Source of the DNA: Syncephalis fuscata S228 | Taxonomy: Eukaryota; Fungi; Zoopagomycota | NCBI GenBank assembly: GCA_025786725.1 | Contig: JAHLTZ010000012.1 | Coordinates: forward strand, 620,001-684,000 | DNA length: 64,000 nt | Direction: 5' to 3' | In this document: piece after piece, positions 32,338 through 42,872 of the stretch | Layout: every line of letters begins with the position of its first letter | Position numbering within the stretch: position 1 is the first letter of the stretch | Notes under the pieces: model-generated | Databases searched by the model: none | Seen by the model: the letters and a program-made list of their open reading frames with translations, nothing else | Told to the model about the DNA's origin: nothing | Program-made: the position numbers and the translations under genes

Positions 32338-35246
32338 TTATGGAGCTGTGTTTGTAAATAAAGATATTATATGTTGTATAATTAATGTATAAGCTATCAA
32401 TATAAAATGTTACTTACCGCCTATTATTATTAAGTTTTTAATACACATGGTGCATAATATGTGATTAATAAGCAATCAATTATATACAATCTGACTTACA
32501 ATACTCTAATGTTGATTTGTTGATGGATACAGTGCATGGTATATAATTAGTACATATTCAGTTAATATACAATACAAATGGGGACGTTGCTAGCCAGTAG
32601 GTAAGGCAGCGTTTCCCGAGCTGAAGGTTCCGGATTTAAACTGAGGTTTAAATCAGTTCTTAAGTGGAAAATCCCCTCCCAGCTTTCACTAGTTAACAAA
32701 TTGCAAACCAGAACCCAATAAGTAGGTCCGGAAACAAGACCTTGGCCAGAATAGCCGAGGAAAAGTCAATTGACACCAACTTCAAGAGAATAGTGCTGTG
32801 TAGCGCCATTTAAAAGAAGATGGTCCGCGTGGAATCTACATGGACCAGATTTGCGCAAAAACGTGGCAGTCCACCCGTTAAAAGTTTGGAAAAGTCCAAA
32901 TATAGTGGGAAGCAGCGCAAATTCTTTAATTATGTGCAGCAGGGGTTCACAAGCTCTTCAAAATAAAAAATAAAATACAATATCACTTACTGCCTATTAA
33001 TATTAAGTTATTGGTACACAATACATGATATGTAGTCAGTGTATATTCAGTTAATACATAATGCTACTTACTGCCTATTAATATTGAGTAATCAGTACAG
33101 TCGGTAAATAATATAAATAATATATAATCAGCTAATATACAATAAAACTTACAAACTATCAATATTAAACAATTGGTACAATTAGTAAATAGCATAGTTA
33201 ATATATAGTCAATTAATATACAATACAACTTACGGCCTATCAATATTAAACAATTAGTACAATAGTAAATAGTATAGTTAATGTATAGTTAATAATATAC
33301 AATACCACTTACCGACTATTAATATTAAACAAGTGGTACAATTAGTAAATAATATAGTTAATATAATTAATCAATATACAATACAACTTACCGCCTATTA
33401 ATATTAAATAATTGGTACAATTAGTAAATAGCATAGTTAATATATAGTCAGTGATATACAATAATACTTACAGACTATCAATATCAAACAATTGGTACAA
33501 TTAGTAAATAGTATAATTATTATATAGTTAGTTAATATATAATAATACTTACATACTATTATATTAAATAATTGGTGCAATTAGTAAATAGTATAATTAA
33601 TGTATAATCAGCTGATGTACAATAATACTTACATGCTATTATATTAAATAATCAGTATAATTAGTAAATATCATGATTAATGTATAGCTAGTTAACATAA
33701 AATATCACTTACTTCCTATTGATATAAAATAATCGGTACCATCAGTAAATAACATAATTAATATATAGTAAGTTGGTATACAATACCACTTACCATCTAT
33801 TAATATTGAATAATCAATATAGTTAGTAAATATTATAGTTAATATATAGTCAATTAATATGCAATGCTACTTACAAACTATTAATATTAAACAATCAGTA
33901 CAATCAGTAAATAGCATAGTTAATATACGGTATCACTTACCTTCTATTAATATTAAATAATTGGTACAATCAGTAAATACCATGATTAATGTATAGTCAG
34001 TTCATATACAATATCACTTACTAGCTATTAATAGTAAATAATTGTTATAGTTAATAAATAGTATAGTTAATGTATAGTCAGCTAATATATACTACCACTT
34101 ACGACCTATTAATATTAAGTTATTGATACAATCAATAAATAGCATGTTAATGTATAGTCAGTTAATATACAATATTACTTACATCCTATTAATATTAAAT
34201 CATTAATGCACATAGTACATGAATATAATTAGTGAGTGATTAGTTTATATACAATACAACCTACTCTCTATTATATTAAGTTATTGACACACACAATATA
34301 TAATATATAATTAGTGCATAATCAAGTAATATACAATACTACTTACTTCCTATTATAGTGAATTTTGATACACACAGCGCATGACATATAATTAATGCAT
34401 AATTAGTCATATACAATGATACTTACTGCCTATTAATATTAAGTTATTCATACACATAGTGCATAATATATAATTAGCCAATGCTCACTTAATATGCAAC
34501 ATAACTTACATTCTATTAGTATTAAGTTATATACCAGTGCATAGTATGAAATTAGCACATAATTGGTTAATATATAATACAACTTACCCTCTATGTCATT
34601 AAGTTATTGATATACATAATACATGGTAGCTAGTTAATGTATAAATCATCAGTATACAACATCACTTACCGCCTATTATTATTAAGTTTTAATACACATA
34701 GTGCATAGCATGCAATTAGTAAGTAATCAGTTATATACAATTCAACTTACATTTAGCTAATATTAAGTTATTGATAAATACAGTATATGGTACATAATTA
34801 GTATATGTTCTATTAATATGTAATACGACCTACCAGCTATTCATATTAAGTTATTGATCAACACAGTACATAAAATTTAATTGGTGTATAGTCAATTAAT
34901 GCACAGTAAAACTTACGATCTATTATATTAAATAATCGGTGTCATCAGTAAACAGCATAGTTAATATATAGTCAGTTAATATACAATACCACTTACCCCC
35001 TATTAACATTAGATAATTGGTATAATTAATAAATGGCATGTGATTAGTGTAGTCAAGTAATACGCAACGCAACTTACTGGCTATTATAATTATTAGTTAA
35101 AAATAGGGTTAATAAACAAATGCATGGTATATTTATTAATATTACAACATACAACGACGAACTAAGACTGGTTTAGCATCCACCATGGCTGTACTGGCCA
35201 CAAGCGCAACGACAATGGTGCAAACGATGGCAATGGAAAACTTCAT
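32338..35246 (-). CDS. Microexon gene A: 31 exons, 64-aa secreted six-Cys peptide precursor MKFSIAIVCTIVVALVASTAMVDAKPVLVRR-SRDPAKCEECRKRCPKVYGTLFCVGLCSKYCAP
   Basis: Exon 1 is 35246-35153 (ends in phase 1, donor GTATGT). Microexons in order (lowest coordinate given): 35078 CCA, 34997 GGG, 34917 ATC, 34834 CTG, 34751 CTAAAT, 34670 GCG, 34588 AGG, 34510 AAT, 34427 GCA, 34347 GAA, 34265 AGA, 34183 GAT, 34103 GTC, 34022 CTA, 33941 AAG, 33875 TTT, 33794 ATG, 33713 GAA, 33633 CAT, 33553 TAT, 33472 TCT, 33392 GCG, 33313 TCG, 33234 GCC, 33153 TTT, 33072 GCA, 32991 GCA, 32500 AGTATT, 32418 GCG. Each is flanked by TAG and GTAAGT/GTAGGT. The terminal exon starts CTCCATAA (32345-32338). Confidence 0.9.
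32575..32974 (+). mobile_element. 400-bp structured insertion with A-rich 3' end (retroposed ncRNA / SINE-like) in an intron of gene A
   Basis: Abrupt rise in GC. Flanked by the direct repeat ATACAATA (32567-74 and 32975-82). Ends AAAATAAAAAATAAA. Absent from the equivalent intron of gene B (37889-37965). Contains several hairpins. Confidence 0.75.
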
Positions 35247-35385
35247 GGTGATATTGACTTGTTGAGACAAACAACTAAAAAGATAGTAGAGTGTGGTTGG
35301 TGTAGAGTGGAAAGTAGTGCGTGTTTAGCAGAAAATAGAGTGTGCTGGTGATATCGCAGTTGGTGGTTGTGTATATTTTGTAGGC

Positions 35386-35393
35386 TATTTATA
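35386..35393 (-). promoter_or_regulatory. Putative TATA box of gene A (TATAAATA)
   Basis: About 140 nt upstream of the ATG. Gene B has TTTAAATA at the equivalent position (40385-40392). Confidence 0.45.
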
Positions 35394-37728
35394 CTTACGG
35401 CTATGCTGCGATACTGGTATACTGTAGCATACAAGGCATATCATTGATGTGTAATATGAACCAATAAAGCAATCCAACTAATGGTTTAAGGTACGCATGT
35501 ACCAATATATTCATGGTGTAATAGAATATTCTTAGACTTGATTTCAACCTGCCTGGTCTTTACTTCAATCTGTCAGTCATTTACACGAATAACAGTAATC
35601 GTAATAATCCAGCACATATGCGATAAAAATAGACATATTCACCTGTATTTTTTGTTACACGGTCTAACTATTTGGTAAAAACAAGTATGTTGTTTGGCTT
35701 TGTGAAAACAATAATGATGTCTTTGCTGTCATTTCTACCGATTCAGTCCTTAATATCTGCATGCATACAGAATAGCACGCAACATTGATGCAAAAACAAG
35801 TTAATATGTCAAACTGGTATTTTATACAAGTTTTACTGCCATACATAGGCAGCCATAATTTTTTAAATTATAAAATGCGTTGATTGGTACATGTATGCAT
35901 TTCATTCGACACTATGCCGATTGTTATGGGGTAGTCATTGTTTCAAATTTACAAGTTCATTGCATTCAGGCATATCATGCTACATGTTGTGCGACCACCA
36001 TCATTCAAATGACGGCTAATCCAAATTACTTGGGTTTGACTATACAATAAATACTGTTTGTAGCATGATGCATACAGCATTTTGAGCAATGGAACATTCC
36101 AACAAGTCATTTTCATCATCAATTTCAGCTGTAAACTAGATTGCATTGGATAAATTACACACAATACAATATGCAGACACTAGATTAGACACAATAAAAG
36201 CTTTGGCCAATTACCAGCCATTTCGAGTGCATAGTGGCTGTGGATCGTATACTAACCGGTAACTATCCAAAGCCTAAGTGCTGCCCACATTTCTGAAACC
36301 ACTTCTAACAAGTTAAGCAAGAAGAACATAGAAAAACAATTGGCAGCTCAAAGGCCTACTGGTTTAGCTTATAGCAAGTCATTATCGCCATACCATGTTA
36401 GACTGAGTTTACCAACGACCCAACTATTGATGATGCAGCTAGAACGATAGCACTAAACGAAAGTAACGCATGAAAACAAAAAACATTATGCATAGCATTT
36501 AATAAAACTGCAAAATACACACATGCTGTTATGCTTTGGATTGTATAAGGGTAATTGAGGAAATGATGAACGAATGAGAAGAAATCAGACAATAGCGTAG
36601 ATATTGTCAGCAAGTGTTTAATGCACTCGACAATAAAAATGGTAAAATTTTGTTACGATGCCGAATTACAGTATTATGATTACGTAGTATCTATCATGCG
36701 ATTGATTCATAATGCCCACCATGTAATCGAACAGCTGCTAACGATAATATGTGAATATCCACAACAACAATATATTAAATACTAGTACTAACAATCATAA
36801 ACAAACAGCTATCCAAAAACATAGCTAGTAAATACTTGTTGTTTACTGACATATGATCAACCATATGAACAAGGCTCAAATTCCATTAACAATAGCATTT
36901 ACTATAAATTACTTGCTTTATTGGAATTATAATAAACATATCTACATCTTTGGTTATATATTATTTTCTCTGCTTTAGTTACAAATGATATTTAGCTGCT
37001 AAAGGCTTAACTCTGGTAATTGATAATTAAAAGGATAATTATTTATTGTTATTTTATAATAGTATCATATTCATGTTATACTAGGATAAGCGATTAATTA
37101 GTAGCCACTAATGCTTAGGTGATAGAAGTAAATGTAAACAAGACAGCAGCCATTAAGTTGCTAGTCGTCACAATATAGTGCTAAGTTATTAAAAGTCAAC
37201 ATTATTTTTATATCAATATAGTACAATATCATTTCATTATATAATAGTGATAGATTTGTTACTACCCATGGTATATCTACAAATAAGCACAGTCAACTTT
37301 ATTGCCAATACACATCACTAAAATATTCACATTTAACATTATATATCCATACCAATTTATGCTTATAGCTTACACAGTATAATCATACACATTTGTAAAT
37401 TTAGCTATTTAATTAATAATTGTCATTATTGAATTTAAATAGAACATGATTTAATATAGCAATTTGATTGTATATAGTTAAATGAAACCATAAGTTTATT
37501 ACTATAAGCTTGCACAGTTGAATAGAACAACTAATGCAAAGTTGTTGGAAAATAATGATTCCATTGATTAGAGACTGGATAAACCGGAGCATTGGCCAAA
37601 ACTTGATATATAAATAGACTGGACGGCGTAGTTGTCAAATGGTCTTGCCTTTTGCCGAATATATACCTAAAGTGTATTGGAATAGTGGTTTGACTGCACT
37701 ACTAATGCTGATGTCTTGAAGCCATTGA

Positions 37729-40249
37729 TTATTCTGTATTTACAAATAAAGATATTACACATGGTTAATGTATAAGTCATCAATACACAATTCAACTTAC
37801 GGCCTATTAATATCAAGTTGTTGATACACATGGTACATAGCATGTGATTAGTGAGTAACCAATTAATATACAATACAACTTACATCCTCTAATGTTGATT
37901 TGTTAATGGATACAGCACATGATATATCATTAGAGCATAGCCAATTAATATACAACATAACTTACTGCCTATTAATATTAAGTTGTTAGCATACACAGTA
38001 AATAGCATATGATTAGCGCATAATTAAGTAATATATAATATCACATACAATCTATTAATAAGGTTGTTGATGCATACAGTGCATAATATATAATTAGCGT
38101 ATAATCAATTAATACACGATATTACTTACGGGCTATTATATTAAATGGTTAATATAGCAGTAAATGGTATAGTTAATGTATAGTTAGTTAATATGCAATA
38201 GCACTTACTTGCTATTAATATTAAATAGTTGGTACAATCAGCAAATAGCATAATTAATGTATAGTCAATTAATATAATACCACTTACAGACTATTAATAT
38301 TAAATATTGGTACAATTAGTAAATATTATGTGATTAGCGCATGTCAGTTGACATATAATACAACTTACAGCCTGTTAATATTAGGTTGTCGATGTCACAG
38401 TAAATAGTATGTGATTAGCGTATAGTTAATAATATATATTATCACATACAACCTATCAATAGGGTTGTTGATGCATACAATGCATAATATATAATTAGCG
38501 TATAATCAATTAATACACAATACAACTTACTTGCTATTAAATATTAAATAATTGGTACAATCAGTAAATAACATAATTAATATATAGTCAATTAATATAC
38601 ACTACAACTTACACCCTATTGATATGAAATAATTGGTATAATTAAGTAAATATTATAGTTAATGCATAGTCAATCAATATACAATATCACTTACTATCTA
38701 TTGATATTAAACAATTGGTATAATTATTAAAAGCATAATTAATGCATATTCAATTAATATACACTAAAACTTACCAACTGTCGATATTAAATAATCGGTA
38801 CGATCAGTAAATAGCATAGTTAATATATAATCAGTTAATATACAATACAACTTACAGGCTATTAATATTAAATAGTTTTTACAATCAGCAAATATCAGTT
38901 AGCGTATAGTCAAGAAACATACAATATCACTTACGTTCTATTGATATTAAACAATTGTACAATCAGCAAATAGCATAGTTAAGGCATAGTTGATTAATAT
39001 ACAATACCACTTACTCCCTATTAGTATTAAATAATCAGTGCAATCAGTAAATGTCATGATTAATAGGTAGTTAATTAATATGCAATATCACTTACTATCT
39101 ATTAGTATTAAATAATTGGTACAATTAGTAAATAGCATAGTTAATGTATAGCCAGCTAATATAAAATATTACTCACACTCTATTAATATTAAATAATTAG
39201 TACAATTAGTAAATAGTATAGTTAATGTATATTCATTTAATATACAATATCACTTACCATCTATTGATATTTAACAATCAGTTCAATCAGTGCAATCAAT
39301 GCAATCAGTAAATAGCATAATGCATAGTCAATTAATACATAACATCACTTACCACCTATTGTAGTAAATTATTGATGCATACAATACACAACACGTAATT
39401 AGTATAGTCAGTTAATACACGATATAACTTACACACTAGTGAGTTGTTGATACAATACATGAATATAATTAGTGCATAGTCAGTTAATATACAACATAAC
39501 TTACTTCCTATGGCATTCAGTTATTAATAAACACAGTACGCGGCACATAATTAGTGCATAATCAAGTAATATACAATACTACTTACTTCCTATTATATTA
39601 AATTTTTAACGCACAGCGCATGACATATAATTAATGCATAATTAGTCAATATACAATGATACTTACTGCCTATTAATATTAAGTTATTCATACACATAGT
39701 GCATATATATAATTAGCCAATGCTCACTTAATATGCAACATAACTTACATGCTATTAATATTAAGTTGTTGATATACACGGTGCATGGTATATAATTAGC
39801 GCATAATCGGCTAATATACAATGTACTTACCCCCTATTATATTAAGTTATTGATATAAACAATACATGGTATAGAATTAATTTATAATTTATCAATATAC
39901 AAATCACTTACTGCCTATTAATATTAAGTTGTTGATACACATAGTGCATAGCATGCAATTAGTAATAATCAGTTATATACAATTCAACTTACATAGATCT
40001 AATATTAAGTTATTGATAAATACAGTATATGGTACATAATTAGTGAGTAGTTGGTTAATATGCAATACCACTTACCATCTATTATAATCATCATTTATAA
40101 ATACTGTTAGTAAGCATAATGCCATAATATATTTATTAATATTGCAACATACCACCACGGCGAACTAAGGCTGGATTAGCATCCACCATGGTTGTGACGG
40201 CCACAAGCGCAACGACAATGGTGCAAACGACGGCAATGGAAAGCTTCAT
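37729..40249 (-). CDS. Microexon gene B: 31 exons, 64-aa secreted six-Cys peptide precursor MKLSIAVVCTIVVALVAVTTMVDANPALVRR-GDDLCRACRRMCDEYRKPFDRSSCFSTHCKDCQ (last residues assume one missing base)
   Basis: Exon 1 is 40249-40153 (phase 1). Microexons: 40076 ATG, 39993 ATCTAT, 39912 GCA, 39831 GGG, 39749 CAT, 39667 GCA, 39587 GAA, 39505 GAA, 39433 TGT, 39353 GTG, 39258 ATG, 39177 AGT, 39096 ATA, 39015 GGA, 38935 AAC, 38856 CCT, 38775 TTG, 38695 ATA, 38613 GGT, 38531 CAA, 38450 GTT, 38369 GCT, 38288 TCT, 38209 CAA, 38130 CCC, 38049 ATT, 37966 GCA, 37884 AGGAT (5 nt as assembled), 37801 GCC. The terminal exon starts AATAA (37733-37729). Confidence 0.85.
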
Positions 40250-42872
40250 GGTAATATGATTGTTAGACAAACAAATAAAAAGATAGTAGAGTGTGGTTGG
40301 TATAGAATGAAGAATAGTGTGTGTTTAGAAAGAAGTAGAGTGTGATGATATATTGCAGTTGGTGGTTGTGTATATTTTGTAGGCTATTTAAATCTATGGT
40401 TATGCTGAGGTACTGGTATACTGTAGCATACGAGGCATATCATTGATGTGTAATATGAACCAATAAAACAATTAAATAATGATTGAAATACACATGTGCC
40501 AATAGATTTGTGGCATGATACCATGGTTTCAGTCTTGATTTCAACCTGCCGGTCTTTACTTCAATCTGCCATCATTTACACGAATAACAGTAATCGTAAT
40601 AATCCAGCACATATGCGATAAAAATAGACATATTCACCTGTATTTTTTGTTACACGGTCTAACTATTTGGTAAAAACAAGTATGTTGTTTGGCTTTGTGA
40701 AAACAATAATGATGTCTTTGCTGTCATTTCTACCGATTCAGTCCTCAATATCTGCATGCATACAGAATAGCACGCAACATTGATGCAAAAACAAGTTAAT
40801 ATGTCAAACTGGTATTTTATACAAGTTTTACTGCCATACATAGGTCAGCCATAATTTTTTAAATTATAAAATGCGTTGATTGGTACATGTATGCATTTCA
40901 TTCGACACTATGCCGATAGTTATGGGGTAGTCATTGTTTCAAATTTACAAGTTCATTGCATTCAGGCATATCATGCTACATTTTGTGCGACCACCATCAT
41001 TCAAATGGCGGCTAATCCAAATTACTTGGGTTTGACTATACAATAAGTACTGTTTGTAGCATGATGCATTACAGCATTTTGAGCAATGGAACATTCCAAC
41101 AAGTCATTTTCATCATCAATTTCAGCTGTAAACTAGATTGCATTGGATAAATTACACGCAATACAATATGCAGACACTAGATTAGACACAATAAAAGCTT
41201 TGGCCAATTACCAGCCATTTCGAGTGCATAGTGGCTGTGGATCGTATACTAACCGGTAACTATCCAAAGCCTAAGTGCTGCCCACATTTCTGAAACCACT
41301 TCTGACAAGTTAAGCAAGATAGAACATAGAAAAACAATTGGCAGCTCAAAGGCCTACTGGTTTAGCTTATAGCAAGTCATTATCGCCATACCATGTTAGA
41401 CTGAGTTTACCAACGACCCAACTATTGATGATGCAGCTAGAACGATAGCACTAAACGAAAGTAACGCATGAAAACAAAAAACATTATGCATAGCATTTAA
41501 TAAAACTGCAAAATACACACATGCTGTTATGTTTGGATTGTATAAGGGGTAATTGAGGAAATGATGAACGAATGAGAAGAAATCAGACAATAGCGTCAGA
41601 TATTGTCAGCAAGTGTTTAATGCACTCGACAATAAAAATGGTAAAATTTTGTTACGATGCCGAATTACAGTATTATGATTACGTAGCTATCTATCATGCG
41701 ATTGATTCATAATGCCCACCATGTAATCGAACAGCTGCTAACGATAATATGTGAATATCCACAACAACAATATATTAAATACTAGTACTAACAATCATAA
41801 ACAAACAGCTATCCAAAAACATAGCTAGTAAATACTTGTTGTTTACTGACATATGATCAACCATATGAACAAGGCTCAAATTCCATTAACAATAGCATTT
41901 ACTATAAATACTTGCTTTATTGGAATTATAATAAACATATCTACATCTTTGGTTATATATTATTTTCTCTGCTTTAGTTACAAATGATATTTAGCTGCTA
42001 AAGGCTTAACTCTGGTAATTGATAATTAAAAGGATAATTATTTATTGTTATTTTATAATAGTATCATATTCATGTTATACTAGATAAGCGATTAATTAGT
42101 AGCCACTAATGCTTAGGTGATAGAAGTAAATGTAAACAAGACAGCAGCCATTAAGTTGCTAGTTATCAGTGTGCCATAAGTAACTGCAATAGTTTAATTG
42201 CATTTTTTAATTACATGCAATGTCTAACAAACTATTTGAAAAAGCTATGTTTACCAGTATCGAAGAACTGAGGGTTGCCATTGATGAGTCTAGAATTTTT
42301 GGTAATTGTAAATGGTGTTGCTACATTCTTAAATATAAAACCAAAAGATGTACAATTAAAAGCATTAAGTACAGGTTTAATTATTCAATATGCACTAGCA
42401 ATTGTAATAGCTCAACAGATGTTATTATTTCTTATTGCAAAGCTTAGTTTGTTTTTGATTCAATAGAAAAAATGACATTGCCACAACAGCAGTGATAAAA
42501 TGATGTAACTTTAACCAAGTAACTAAAAAAGAAAAGAAAGAAGTAGTGGCTTATTCAGATGTTTTAATATCAACTTAATAAAATATTTTATCTTTATTAT
42601 CATTCACCACTCATCAGCATCGTGTTCAATAAATAATGCGTATTTTAATTGCGCAAAACATTATCAAATAAACTTAAGACCAAACACACTAAATTATTAA
42701 TAAATTATTTATAAAAACAAATTATACAATACTAGAATGTTCAGATAGTAGAATATATATGTTTATCATTGCTGATCATTGTATTCAATGGGCGTATCCG
42801 CGTGACCGTTTAAATGAGCACACGTCACCGCAACTGGCAATGCGTGCAACTTTCATTTCTCATCTCAACACT

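Larger units (their letters stand above)
31651..42163. repeat. Direct tandem duplication of an ~5 kb unit (about 31651-37048 and 37049-42048) plus a ~115-bp third partial copy
   Basis: The junction sequence TTATTTTATAATAGTATCATATTC..TTAAGTTGCTAGT occurs at ~31652, ~37049 and ~42048. 35540-37048 and 40535-42048 are nearly identical. Confidence 0.95.

Noticed and set aside
32575-32974. Group I/II intron, hammerhead ribozyme or DNA transposon identity for the insertion
   Set aside because: No ordered P/Q/R/S elements, no domain V, no CUGANGA..GAAA core and no terminal inverted repeats.
32338-35080. Reading the microexons as whole codons (phase 0)
   Set aside because: Exon 1 ends one base into a codon in both genes. 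The phase-0 reading gives no shared Cys scaffold, whereas phase 1 gives six Cys and a prompt stop.
35664-36613. Short ORFs in the duplicated spacer (also 40659-41590)
   Set aside because: No recognisable motifs and no consistent exon chain. They recur only because of the duplication.
32400-40100. CRISPR array or simple satellite interpretation of the ~80-bp repeats
   Set aside because: Eukaryotic context, no cas genes and no unique spacers. Conservation is concentrated on splice signals and the variable triplets assemble into a Cys-patterned ORF.
42220-42466. Short ORFs just after the duplication
   Set aside because: AT-rich, no motif and no supportable splice model.
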